A stretch of DNA of 64,000 bases from Gammaproteobacteria bacterium. Its GTDB lineage: Bacteria > Pseudomonadota > Gammaproteobacteria > G965277405. Under the pieces are notes generated by a model. The model saw only the letters and a program-made list of their open reading frames with translations. It searched no databases and had not been told where the DNA came from. The DNA lies in the NCBI GenBank assembly GCA_965277405.1, contig OZ255726.1, forward strand, positions 864,001-928,000, written 5' to 3'. Of the stretch, positions 54,857-64,000 are shown one piece after another. Each line of letters opens with the position of its first letter. Within the stretch, counting starts at the first letter, position 1. Position numbers and translations under genes: made by a program.

Positions 54857-57070
54857 CTACTGCAGATCAAATGGGTCGACATTAATATGCCAGCGGGTGC
54901 GATTCATTGTTGTTGTTGCTGTAATAGCAATGCATAATTGGCGTAAAATTGCATTGCGCTCACTGTGACTTGGCGCGTTGATAATAATCTGCCAGCGGTA
55001 AAATAATTTTATTTTATTGCGTTCTGGCTGCGACGGAGCAAAAACATAGTGGTGTAGTTGCTGGGGTAGTGCCGCGTGTAGGTTGGTAAAAACATCATGT
55101 ATACCATCTTGAGCGCGCTTGATATTTTGGCTTTCAACGCGAAACAATGCCAACTGGCTATACGGGGGTAAGCGTTGTTGCTGGCGAATTGGCAACAATT
55201 CTTTGCAAATATTGGCGTAATTATTCGTGATGATCTGGCTGATGAGGCGGTGGTGAGCCAACGCTGTTTGCAGAATTGCTGTCCCTTGTTTATCGCCACG
55301 CCCGACTCTGCCAATGACTTGTAACAGTTGTTGGCAGGTATGCTCTGGCGCTTTAAAATCCGCAGAAAATAACCCGCCATCAGCCTGCACGATTACAACT
55401 AAAGTAATATTATGAAAATCATGCCCTTTTGACAACATTTGCGTACCAACTAGAATCATCGGTTGTTGTTGATGGACGCGCTTGTATAATTTTCTAAACG
55501 CATCTTTACCGCGCATGGTATTGCTATCAACACGGACAATATCAACGTCGGCAAAGTAGCGCTGCAGATTATCTTCGATGCGCTGCGAGCCGCTACCAAC
55601 ACTCAATAATGACTTTTGTAAGCAGTTTGGACATTCCACTGGCATCTGGGTATTATGCCCGCACAGGTGGCAGTGCAGACGTATTGGCAAAGGTTGCTGA
55701 TGGATGGTTAAATTGGCGTCGCAGTTCTCACATGTAGCCTGCCAACCGCAGTTCCAGCAATGGAGTGTTGGAGCATACCCTCTGCGGTTAATGTAGATCA
55801 TGACTTGATTACCCGCAGCGATATGGGTGCGGATTGCCTGAATTGATGCGGCGTGTAATCCAGCAGAATTTACGCCGTGTTGCGTACTGGTATCCACGCA
55901 TTGAATAATGGGGGCAAACTTCGCACTAGGTCGATTGCGTAGCACAACATGTTTAAATCGCTTCGCTGCAATGTTGCGGATAGTTTCTAGGGAAAGTGTT
56001 GCGCTACCTAAGACAACAGGAATATTAAGCAGCTGTGCCCGCTTAATTGCAAGATCGCGGGCATGATAGCGAAAACCATCGTTTTGTTTGAACGACCCAT
56101 CATGCTCTTCATCGATAATAATGATTCCTAGATTAGGCAACGGTGTAAACAATGCAGAGCGCGTACCAATGACGAGCCCAGCTTCCGCCAATTGCGCCAA
56201 TTGCCATTGCTGCAAACGTTGTTGTGGCTTCATCCCAGAATGCATTTCAATGACGTGTGTATTTAAGCAGGCTTGAAAGCGCGAGACCGTTTGTGGGGTT
56301 AGGCCAATTTCAGGGACCAACACCAGTGCTGTTTTTTGGCGTGCGAGTATTGCGGTTATAGCATGAATATACACATCGGTTTTGCCACTACCGGTGACAC
56401 CATCAACAGCAACTACGGCAAAGCTTGCGAACGACTGCTGAATCACTTGCAAGGCATGCTGCTGTTCTGCAGATAATTGTTGGAGTGGCTTGCTAGCTGT
56501 TGGTCTAGCTGGCAAAGCAAGAGTTTTTGTGCTGATATCGAGCAGCCCTCTTGCTGTAAGTGCATTGACCGTGCTGATTGAAATTTTTTGCGCAAGAACG
56601 ATATGTTCATCAAAAAAGTTAAATTGTTGGAAGCGTTTAAAAGCTCGCTGCTGCGGCTGAGTGAGCTGTAGTTTGTCGATATTGCTAGCGCTACCTTTGG
56701 TAGAAATTGACCAATGTCGCTGGCGTAAGTCAGGAACCACAGCACTGCGCAAAATGCTTGGTAACGCGCTTGTCAGTACATGCCCAATTGGGCAGAAATA
56801 ATATGCTGCCGCCCAGCGTAATAACGCAAACAACTCTTCGCTAATGAGTGGCTGGATATCGAGTAATTGTTTAATTTTCTTGAGTAATGGTGGAGCCAGT
56901 GAGCTGCTACTGGCAGCAATGACAATACCAACAATCAATTTATTGCTTTTGCCAAAAGGAACGAGCACGCGTGCCCCTGGTAAATATTGGGCTATAGTTG
57001 TTGCTGGCGCAGGCAGATAATCGAACGTTTGAAACAACGCGCTGTCAATTGCAACGGCTATCGTGCGCAT
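54857..57070 (-). CDS. priA: Primosomal protein N'
   Basis: RVLVPFG, GVTGSGKT, LVPEIGLTPQ, DEEHD, NRRGYAP with four CxxC, GTQMLSKG, QVIGRVGR. Confidence 0.97.
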   Translation of the reverse strand: MRTIAVAIDSALFQTFDYLPAPATTIAQYLPGARVLVPFGKSNKLIVGIVIAASSSSLAPPLLKKIKQLLDIQPLISEELFALLRWAAAYYFCPIGHVLTSALPSILRSAVVPDLRQRHWSISTKGSASNIDKLQLTQPQQRAFKRFQQFNFFDEHIVLAQKISISTVNALTARGLLDISTKTLALPARPTASKPLQQLSAEQQHALQVIQQSFASFAVVAVDGVTGSGKTDVYIHAITAILARQKTALVLVPEIGLTPQTVSRFQACLNTHVIEMHSGMKPQQRLQQWQLAQLAEAGLVIGTRSALFTPLPNLGIIIIDEEHDGSFKQNDGFRYHARDLAIKRAQLLNIPVVLGSATLSLETIRNIAAKRFKHVVLRNRPSAKFAPIIQCVDTSTQHGVNSAGLHAASIQAIRTHIAAGNQVMIYINRRGYAPTLHCWNCGWQATCENCDANLTIHQQPLPIRLHCHLCGHNTQMPVECPNCLQKSLLSVGSGSQRIEDNLQRYFADVDIVRVDSNTMRGKDAFRKLYKRVHQQQPMILVGTQMLSKGHDFHNITLVVIVQADGGLFSADFKAPEHTCQQLLQVIGRVGRGDKQGTAILQTALAHHRLISQIITNNYANICKELLPIRQQQRLPPYSQLALFRVESQNIKRAQDGIHDVFTNLHAALPQQLHHYVFAPSQPERNKIKLFYRWQIIINAPSHSERNAILRQLCIAITATTTMNRTRWHINVDPFDLQ

Positions 57071-57099
57071 CTATGAAGATAAAATGGAATCATACAAAT

Positions 57100-58251
57100 A
57101 TGACAAACATGCAAATACCGAGCCACCAGTTGCTGTCATGGGTGCAACGTTTATTATTGGTGTGGCTGATGGTCACGGCAATTATTGTATACAACATTCC
57201 TCAGCATATTCTATGGAATAACGAACTCCTACCCCAAACAGTGATACAAACTGATGTGTTGTTACCACCACAGCAATTTGTCATGCCGCCACCGCCAACA
57301 GTCCACGTTCATGCTGCAACTATGGCTATTGTCGGCAAACAAATTCTAGCGGCGTGGTTTGGCGGTAGTAGCGAGGGTGGTACAGACGTATCAATTTATG
57401 GGTCATGGTTTGATCAACAGGCATTGCAATGGTCGCCAGTGCAATTACTAGTAAGCAGAGATGATATTGCCGAGCGTGTTGGTCGATACGTAAAAAAACT
57501 CGGCAACCCTGTATTGTTTACCGATGCGCAACATGTGTATCTTGGAGTAGTAGCCGTGTCGTTAGGTGGCTGGTCTGGAAGTTCGATTACCGTGCTAAAA
57601 GGAGCTGCCCAACAGCAGCGAATTATCTGGCAAGAGGGTGGTACGCGTCTGACATTATCACCATTTATCAATGTCAGTACTTTGGTTCGCAACCCTCCTA
57701 TTGCGCTTACAAGCGGGTGGATATTTCCTGTTTATCATGAGTTGATAACAACAAGCAGCCAAGCTGTACACCTTAGCGCTGATTTTCATGTCAAAGATAA
57801 ACAACGCATGGCAACAACAACTTCAGCATTACAGCCAGCGTTGACTCAGCATGGCAATAATCAGCTATACGCCTGGTCAAGAAATGGCAGTGATCAGCGA
57901 CAACGCCATGTTTTAACCAGCCACTATCAGCACGGTCGTTGGCAGGCAGGAGCGTCTACAACTATGCGTAACCCGAATTCTGCAGTTGCAGGATTACCGC
58001 TCAATGATACCACGGTGTTGCTGGCAGGAAACGACCAATATGCAACACGAACATCGATAGATTTAGTTGTTATTGATGTATTGAGTGGTGATATGCTTGG
58101 AAAACACACTATCGCAACTGGCAAGCGGTTGGGGTATCCTGCGTTATTGCGTGGTAGTGAAGGAATTATTCATATATTGTATAGCGATAACCGCAGCAAA
58201 ATTGTTCATCAGCTCTTCAGCACAGCTTGGGTGGCAACATGGACATCGTAA
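57100..58251 (+). CDS. Membrane-anchored BNR/sialidase-like beta-propeller protein
   Basis: N-terminal TM; VHAATM, AAWFGGSSEG.DV.I, RYVKKLGNPV, GGWSGSSI, SPFINVSTLVR, PVYHE, NPNSAV, YPAL. Start uncertain (57073-57109). Confidence 0.75.
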   Translation: MTNMQIPSHQLLSWVQRLLLVWLMVTAIIVYNIPQHILWNNELLPQTVIQTDVLLPPQQFVMPPPPTVHVHAATMAIVGKQILAAWFGGSSEGGTDVSIYGSWFDQQALQWSPVQLLVSRDDIAERVGRYVKKLGNPVLFTDAQHVYLGVVAVSLGGWSGSSITVLKGAAQQQRIIWQEGGTRLTLSPFINVSTLVRNPPIALTSGWIFPVYHELITTSSQAVHLSADFHVKDKQRMATTTSALQPALTQHGNNQLYAWSRNGSDQRQRHVLTSHYQHGRWQAGASTTMRNPNSAVAGLPLNDTTVLLAGNDQYATRTSIDLVVIDVLSGDMLGKHTIATGKRLGYPALLRGSEGIIHILYSDNRSKIVHQLFSTAWVATWTS

Positions 58252-58853
58252 TTGCGCACATCTGGTTTTTTATTGTGGTTTTGGCATTTGTCTGGCGGAT
58301 TATTCGATTGCTGCAGCTGCCGCGTTGGTTGGTGTTATGTGGAGTTATATTGCTGCCAATACCCGGGTTTCTCGGCTGGTATATCTACGCTGTGATTGGC
58401 GATTTGAGCGTATTATCGTTGCTGACGCTGGTATTCTGGCAGCGACGAACACCCACTGTCAACTTAAGTGTTGCTGTTGCTGTTGCTGTTGCTGGTATAG
58501 TGTTGTATGCGAGTACATTAAGCAGCAGCAATATTGACATATATCGTTGGGGTTTTGTTGCTGCTGAAGTGGCAGGAATCCATCTATTCGCCGGCACGCT
58601 GGTATTGATAGCAGCCTATTTACTCTACTGCAAGCAACTTGTTGGGGTAGTCAGCCTACTGGTAGCTGTGAATGCGTGGTATTTTAAGATTTTACCAAGC
58701 GATAATCTTTGGGACTATGTGGTGGATGTTTGGCTGGTGTTGGGGATTATCGCATGGTTACTATACAAAGCAGCAAAAACACTCGCAACACGGCGTTGCT
58801 TGATGATTTCAAAGCGCGGTGTTGGTAGTAATTCAACGGGAGATTCAGCGTAA
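58239..58853 (+). CDS. Hypothetical integral membrane protein
   Basis: Several TM helices, GDLS, DIYRWG, SDNLWDYVVD; overlaps the BNR gene stop. Confidence 0.7.
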   Translation: MDIVIAHIWFFIVVLAFVWRIIRLLQLPRWLVLCGVILLPIPGFLGWYIYAVIGDLSVLSLLTLVFWQRRTPTVNLSVAVAVAVAGIVLYASTLSSSNIDIYRWGFVAAEVAGIHLFAGTLVLIAAYLLYCKQLVGVVSLLVAVNAWYFKILPSDNLWDYVVDVWLVLGIIAWLLYKAAKTLATRRCLMISKRGVGSNSTGDSA

Positions 58854-59296
58854 ATTAACATTGGGGTAGCTAGCATGCGCTGATCGATAGTCGCTATGAC
58901 TGTTGCGGTGTTGATGCGTTGAAACGGTGGGTCGATAAACATAATGTCAAACTGCAGCGGTTGGGTTCTGATGTAGGCAAACGCGTCGCGTTGTTCGACT
59001 GTTATTTTGCCACCATCCACATGGCGCATGCACAACTGCGCATTTTTACGCAGATAGCCTGCTTGTAGCTGGCTGGTTTCCATGAATGTGATTTGTTGCA
59101 CACCCCGCGAATACGCCTCAAAACCCAGCACTCCAGAGCCTGCAAAGGCATCGAGTGCCGAAACAAGGGTGTATGGTTGCAACCAATTAAACAACATCTC
59201 ACGGCAGCGCGATGTTGTCGGTCGCAATTCTTGGTGTGAGGCGAAGGTTATTTTGCGTCTGCGCAGCTGTCCTGCGATAATTTGAACGGTATTCAC
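58715..59296 (-). CDS. rsmD: 16S rRNA m2G966 methyltransferase RsmD
   Basis: IIAG..RRRK, LRPTT..REMLFNWL, LDAFAGSGVLGFEAYSRG, FDIMFIDPPF; GTG start overlapping the rluB stop. Confidence 0.92.
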   Translation of the reverse strand: MNTVQIIAGQLRRRKITFASHQELRPTTSRCREMLFNWLQPYTLVSALDAFAGSGVLGFEAYSRGVQQITFMETSQLQAGYLRKNAQLCMRHVDGGKITVEQRDAFAYIRTQPLQFDIMFIDPPFQRINTATVIATIDQRMLATPMLIYAESPVELLPTPRFEIIKQRRVASVFAALYSNHAIIPNTSQTSTT

Positions 59297-60012
59297 GCGT
59301 TACGAACAAGTGCTTTTAGGCTGTTGATGTCGTCTTGGCTAAGCTCAAAAAACTGCTTTGGTTTGACGCTTGGCAACAACATGATTGTACCAAAACGGAC
59401 GCGAATAAGCCTACTTACTTGGGCGTCGACTGCCTGCCATAGCCGCCGTACTTGGCGATGCCCTCCGCTTTGTAACACGACATGGAACCAGTGATTCATA
59501 TTTTCACCTTTGCCTACAGCAATATCGGTAAACCTGGCGACGCCGTCTTCCAGTTCAATGCCAGTACGCAGTGCTGCTAGCATTGTGTCAGTAATATTTC
59601 CGTAAACCCGTACCGCATATTCCCGGTCAATCTTGTTGGCACGTTTGGTAAGCTGATGGAGTAACATCCCGTCGTTGGTGCAGAGCAATAGTCCTGAAGT
59701 ATTGACATCCAGTCTGCCGATATATTGCCAGTGACCATCGTTTATATTAGGCAGGCTACTAAAAATAGACGGCGTATCAGTTCGGCTGCAAAACTCACCA
59801 ACAGGTTTGTGGTATGCAATAACCCTGGTGTTAAATCCAGCAGATTTGAGCGCCCCCTTATTGACGATAATCGTATCGTGATGGGTGACAGGTTGACCAA
59901 TAATTGCTTGTTTCCCATTCACAAAAACTAAGCCATTACGGATAAGTTCTTCTGCTTGACGCAGCGAATACTGGCTATTTTTTGCAATGAGTTTATGAAT
60001 GCGGGTTGCCAT
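59293..60012 (-). CDS. rluB: 23S rRNA pseudouridine synthase (RsuA/RluB family)
   Basis: S4 domain, YHKPVG, IGRLDVNTSGLLLCTNDG, REYAVRV, VSRLIRVRFG; follows scpAB. Confidence 0.85.
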   Translation of the reverse strand: MATRIHKLIAKNSQYSLRQAEELIRNGLVFVNGKQAIIGQPVTHHDTIIVNKGALKSAGFNTRVIAYHKPVGEFCSRTDTPSIFSSLPNINDGHWQYIGRLDVNTSGLLLCTNDGMLLHQLTKRANKIDREYAVRVYGNITDTMLAALRTGIELEDGVARFTDIAVGKGENMNHWFHVVLQSGGHRQVRRLWQAVDAQVSRLIRVRFGTIMLLPSVKPKQFFELSQDDINSLKALVRNA

Positions 60013-60563
60013 TATTGTTGTGGTGTTTGTTCATACAGCAGTTCGCGTTGTGGCGGCTTAAGTGGCGGTAGATCGTTGACGGACTGCAAGCCAAAATGAT
60101 CGAGAAATTCTTTAGTTGTGGCTAATAAGCTAGGCTTGCCTGGTACATCGCGTTGACCGATAACCCGAATCCAGTTATGTTCAAACAGCGTTCTGATAAT
60201 TGACGAACTTGCCTGAACTCCACGAATATATTCAATTTCACTGCGGGTAATAGGCTGTTTATATGCAATGAGTGCGAGTGTTTCAAGCAATGCTGGTGAA
60301 TACTTGCTCGGTTTTTCTTGCCACAATGTGTGAATCAGTGGTGCAAATTGCTGTTTAATTTGTAATCGCCATCCAGTTGCAACTTCGACAAGATCAAGCG
60401 ACTGCTGCGCCGTATATGTTTGCTGTATGTGTTGCAGCGCAGCAATAATGTCTTCTGCAGTGATACTGGTTGGTAGACAATGTTGAATTGTTGCTATATC
60501 CAACGGCTTATCTGCTGCGAACAGCAATGCGCTGATCATGTGTGGTAATGCGAGCTTTGCCAT
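60012..60563 (-). CDS. scpB: SMC-Scp complex subunit ScpB
   Basis: ALLFA, LLETLALIAYKQPITRSEIEYIRGV, PGKP...TTKEFLDHFGL..DLP. Confidence 0.95.
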   Translation of the reverse strand: MAKLALPHMISALLFAADKPLDIATIQHCLPTSITAEDIIAALQHIQQTYTAQQSLDLVEVATGWRLQIKQQFAPLIHTLWQEKPSKYSPALLETLALIAYKQPITRSEIEYIRGVQASSSIIRTLFEHNWIRVIGQRDVPGKPSLLATTKEFLDHFGLQSVNDLPPLKPPQRELLYEQTPQQ

Positions 60564-60565
60564 AT

Positions 60566-61351
60566 TTATTGGGTGCGGATGTGCAGTTCATCATATAATT
60601 GCGGCTGTATCGCCACAATCGTATTATCACGGAGCATTTCGAGTATTGCGACAAAACTTACCACAACACCTGCTAGCCCTTCTTGATGCTCAAAGCATTG
60701 TGAGAACGAACAAAATTCCTGTGTAATCGCCAGCAATGATTTAATATAACTAATCCTGGTGGTAACTGATAGGACTTGTTGATCAATGACAAATGTCTTA
60801 CTAAATTGTGCGCGTCTGCTAATAGCTGCCAGCGCTGCGGTTAATTGCTCGAGTGTCACTGTAGCAATCGCCTTTGGTATTTCTGTATTTATATGAACAT
60901 TCGCTGGCATGACGTCGCGGTGGTATTGTGGTATTTCTGCAATTAATGTGGCTGCTTCTTTTATTTGTGAATACGTTTGCAGTCGTTGTAACAACGCTGC
61001 GCGCGGGTCTTGTTCCTCGTCATCATCAAATATTGTTGTTGGCAATAGATAGCGTGATTTTAATTCGGTTAACCACGCAGCCATTGCTAAATAATCAGCA
61101 GCTAGCTCTAAATCGAATGCATTCATTTTGTCAATATACGCAATATATTGATCCGTTATCAATGCCACATTAATGGTGACAATATCGATGTTTTGTTTTT
61201 TTGTGAGGTATAGCAGTAAATCAAGAGGTCCTTCAAATTGTTCTAACAACACCCGCAGTGCATCAGGTGGTATATACAGATCTTTGGGAAATGTATGGAT
61301 ATAGTCATCACCTATTTTAGCAACTGCTGGCTGAGTCAAAATAGCTTCCAT
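60566..61351 (-). CDS. scpA: Segregation and condensation protein ScpA
   Basis: DLYIPPDAL, FEGPLDLLLYL, AADYL.MAA.L..LKSR.LLP, VVSFVAILE. Confidence 0.95.
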   Translation of the reverse strand: MEAILTQPAVAKIGDDYIHTFPKDLYIPPDALRVLLEQFEGPLDLLLYLTKKQNIDIVTINVALITDQYIAYIDKMNAFDLELAADYLAMAAWLTELKSRYLLPTTIFDDDEEQDPRAALLQRLQTYSQIKEAATLIAEIPQYHRDVMPANVHINTEIPKAIATVTLEQLTAALAAISRRAQFSKTFVIDQQVLSVTTRISYIKSLLAITQEFCSFSQCFEHQEGLAGVVVSFVAILEMLRDNTIVAIQPQLYDELHIRTQ

Positions 61352-61383
61352 TATAGCGATTTATTCAAAGTGCTGCGAGATAT

Positions 61384-63078
61384 TCACGGCTGTATGTGCT
61401 GTGCATCATCTTGTGTATTCTGTGTGTCCTTTCCCGCAACGTTATCCAAAGGCTGTATACCTTTTCCTTCAGTTGCAATAACCTCAGCTGATGGAGTATC
61501 AGTTGCTATGTCTACACGCGTTGGCACTGGCGTATCGTTACTATCATCTTCACCACCTATAGTTTCTAAGATATCCAGCTTAAATTGGACAAATTCGAGG
61601 AATTGCTGCCGGCGAATTTTAATATCCTCATTGCGTTTTGTTTGCATTAAACGGAAGTTATCCAAAGCTGTCACAGTCAGCCGCGCATCCTTGCCATTTC
61701 TGGTGCGGACTATGTCGACTTTTACTTGATCTATCGTCTCCCAGCGGTAGTCACGATCATAATCAAAAAGATTGCCTGCAAGCAATTGTTGGTTGTCAAT
61801 TGTTTGCCCCAGTTGTTCTGCAATATTGGTATACAGTCCGCGGTATTGCAGATTTTGTATGTTTCTAAATGTTAATTCGAATTGACTAAATTGATTGTTG
61901 TAGGTATACAAAATATTTAGTTCATTTGAACCTGGCCAAAATGAGAATGAATAATACATATCGCCCCAATTATTCATGTCTTGTGAGCGAACTTTAACGT
62001 CAAGAAACCCCAGGTATATTTGCATTGTCTCCCTATCGATACATTTGATCTTGTGATCAAAAAAAATAGTTAGACCTTTACGAGCACAATAACTATAGCG
62101 TTGAATTCTATCTATATCTGTTAACGCCTGTTCTAATTGTGACTGCTTATATAATTCAAGTGCCATTACTTTGTTGACTGCAATGCCAATCCCAAATTCA
62201 TAGGCAACACCGAGTTGGTATGCTGCTGGTTTTGAATGCAACATCGCAGCGCTTTCCAACAACTTGGTAGATTTTTCATAATCTTTGGACAGCCATCTTC
62301 CTTCACGGTAATACATGGCCAAACGAAACATAGCTGCTGCTGACTGCTGTTCAAGCGCACGTCGATACCAACGAATAGCAAGCTCATGGTCGACTGCAAC
62401 GTCACGACCTGTGCGGTAACGGTATGCCAAGTCAAGCTGTGCTGCTAAGCTACCTTGGCGAGCTGAGCGCGTTAACCATATCATACCTTTTTCTATATCG
62501 CGAAGATTGTATGCAGCAGATTTTTCGCTGAGATACACCTTAGCTAGCAATGTGGTTACTGTTTTATTTCCAAGAGCTGCTGCGTAATTGTAATATTCTA
62601 ATGCTTTGTTTATATCAGTGGCAACAGTGATGCCAATCTCATAAAACCGGCCTAAATGCTCCAACGCTTTTGCGTCTTTTCGATTGGCAGCTTTGGTATA
62701 ATACCAGCGTGCCAGTTCGTTGTTGCTTGCACCAAACTGACCGTTTTCGTACAGTTCTCCAATTCGGCGCAACGCAGGTGCGTAGTTTTGTGCAGCAGCG
62801 GCACGATACAACGCAATAGCCTTAGCCGCATCCTGTGAAACAATATCGTTACCATAATCATATCCCTCAGCAACTGTGAACTGGGCATCGGCATCACCTG
62901 CTGCGGCGCGCTCAACCGCTTGCTCAAATATAACAGCCGAGTTAAGTGTTGGGGTTTGCGCATCTTCTATTTGCGCAATCTTCGGGGAAAAAGTACAGCT
63001 GGATAGCAGTATGCCCACAACAACCAGTCCATAAAATTGGTTGCGCGTCTGCCGTTGCAATACTATTCGTGCTACCAT
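61384..63078 (-). CDS. Sel1-like repeat lipoprotein with unknown C-terminal domain
   Basis: Lipobox LLSSC; about seven Sel1 repeats (AQFTVAEGYDYG, ALRRIGELYENG, ALEHLGRFYEIG, AQLDLAYRYRTG, AMFRLAMYYREG, AAYQLGVAYEFG). Confidence 0.85.
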   Translation of the reverse strand: MVARIVLQRQTRNQFYGLVVVGILLSSCTFSPKIAQIEDAQTPTLNSAVIFEQAVERAAAGDADAQFTVAEGYDYGNDIVSQDAAKAIALYRAAAAQNYAPALRRIGELYENGQFGASNNELARWYYTKAANRKDAKALEHLGRFYEIGITVATDINKALEYYNYAAALGNKTVTTLLAKVYLSEKSAAYNLRDIEKGMIWLTRSARQGSLAAQLDLAYRYRTGRDVAVDHELAIRWYRRALEQQSAAAMFRLAMYYREGRWLSKDYEKSTKLLESAAMLHSKPAAYQLGVAYEFGIGIAVNKVMALELYKQSQLEQALTDIDRIQRYSYCARKGLTIFFDHKIKCIDRETMQIYLGFLDVKVRSQDMNNWGDMYYSFSFWPGSNELNILYTYNNQFSQFELTFRNIQNLQYRGLYTNIAEQLGQTIDNQQLLAGNLFDYDRDYRWETIDQVKVDIVRTRNGKDARLTVTALDNFRLMQTKRNEDIKIRRQQFLEFVQFKLDILETIGGEDDSNDTPVPTRVDIATDTPSAEVIATEGKGIQPLDNVAGKDTQNTQDDAQHIQP

Positions 63079-63081
63079 GTT

Positions 63082-64000
63082 TTAATGATAAAAATGGCGG
63101 CGGTGGGTCGAAATCATTGTTATATTGTTGTTTTTAGCATGTTCAACCACAGCATCGTGTTGTCCGCCACCACCAGGTTGGATAATACACCAAACACCAA
63201 TAGCTATAGAGGCATCAACACTATCACAAAATGGTAAAAATGCATCTGATGCAAGTACTGGATTTTGATAGAGTTTAGCAAACTTTTTTGCTTGTCGTAT
63301 AGCGTTGTCTATTGCGTTAATACGGCTTACTTGTCCAGCGCCAAGACCGATTAAACGCCCATCTTTTACCAACACAATCGCATTTGACTTGACGTGGGCG
63401 ACGAGTGCCCATGCTAGTAATATATCCGTTTTTTGAACATCAGAAAATTGTGCAAAACTGGTGTTCTTTCCTGTTTCAATCCTCCAGTTTTCCGTATCGA
63501 ATGCTACGACATCTATTGATTGTGCTATTGACAGCGCAGGGTCTAAATTGACTATTTGAAAATCAGGCTGTCGCTGGCTAGGTAGACTCACTAGCCGGAC
63601 ATTCGGCTTGTATGCGGCAGCGGCCACAGCACAGTCACTGATTGCTGGAGCAATAATCACTTCAATAAATTGGTTTGCTAGCATGTGAGACACCAACGCG
63701 GCGTTGATGGGCTGGTAAAAGGCAATGATGCCACCAAATGCCGCTTGTGGCTCAGCAGCAAACGCGTGGTCATATGCTTGTTGGGGCGTTGCTGCCAGTG
63801 CTGCGCCACATGGATTTGCATGTTTGACAATGACGCATGCGGCTTGACAAGCGTTTGGTATCGCAGCAATCGAGGCGCAGATGCGCATTGCTGCATACAT
63901 GTCGATGATGTTATTATACGATAATGGCTTACCACAGTGCTGAGTGTAGGGTAAAACATCGTTGGTAGAATATAGCTGTGCCTGTTGTTGTGGGTTTTCT
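63082..64000 (-). CDS. purH: Bifunctional AICAR transformylase/IMP cyclohydrolase, 5' part outside the window
   Basis: ENPQQQA, GKPLSYNNI, VKHANPCG, AFGGII, VKSNAIV, GAGQVSR, ASDAFLPF, IIQPGG, RHFYH. Confidence 0.95.
   Translation of the reverse strand, partial: ENPQQQAQLYSTNDVLPYTQHCGKPLSYNNIIDMYAAMRICASIAAIPNACQAACVIVKHANPCGAALAATPQQAYDHAFAAEPQAAFGGIIAFYQPINAALVSHMLANQFIEVIIAPAISDCAVAAAAYKPNVRLVSLPSQRQPDFQIVNLDPALSIAQSIDVVAFDTENWRIETGKNTSFAQFSDVQKTDILLAWALVAHVKSNAIVLVKDGRLIGLGAGQVSRINAIDNAIRQAKKFAKLYQNPVLASDAFLPFCDSVDASIAIGVWCIIQPGGGGQHDAVVEHAKNNNITMISTHRRHFYH

Overview
64 kb of a bacterial chromosome, most likely a divergent gammaproteobacterium (genetic code 11). It shows signs of IS-driven rearrangement and decay, as in host-associated lineages. 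The housekeeping backbone (hom, infA, lepA-lepB-rnc-era, leuS-lptE-holA, bamE-fur-lpxC, sbcB, tolB, trhP, rbfA-truB-rpsO-pnp, fis, gor, ispE, acs, priA, rsmD, rluB-scpB-scpA, purH, tRNA-Ser, tRNA-Gln) has unusually scrambled synteny. Three accessory elements stand out. (1) An ~11.2 kb island (21064-32292) carries a coenzyme F420 biosynthesis operon (cofG-cofH-cofD-cofC-cofE), an F420H2:NADP+ oxidoreductase and a Mer-like LLM reductase. These are divergently paired with beta-ureidopropionase, an NCS1 permease and dihydropyrimidinase, but no dihydropyrimidine dehydrogenase. This suggests an F420H2-dependent reductive pyrimidine catabolic pathway and is the best candidate for an uncharacterised system. 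(2) A prophage remnant (about 6.0-8.6 kb) encodes a MuF/gp7 head protein with a C-terminal HExxH metallopeptidase-like domain and a coupled small ORF, a toxin/immunity-like layout. (3) A ~270-300 bp MITE family (5 full copies plus remnants) shares terminal repeats with a decayed IS5 element at 8580-9994, which itself contains an (ATACTCCA)23 tandem array. Decayed IS1106-like, IS481 and IS5/IS1182 elements are also present. All calls come from reading the sequence and recalled family motifs; no searches were run.
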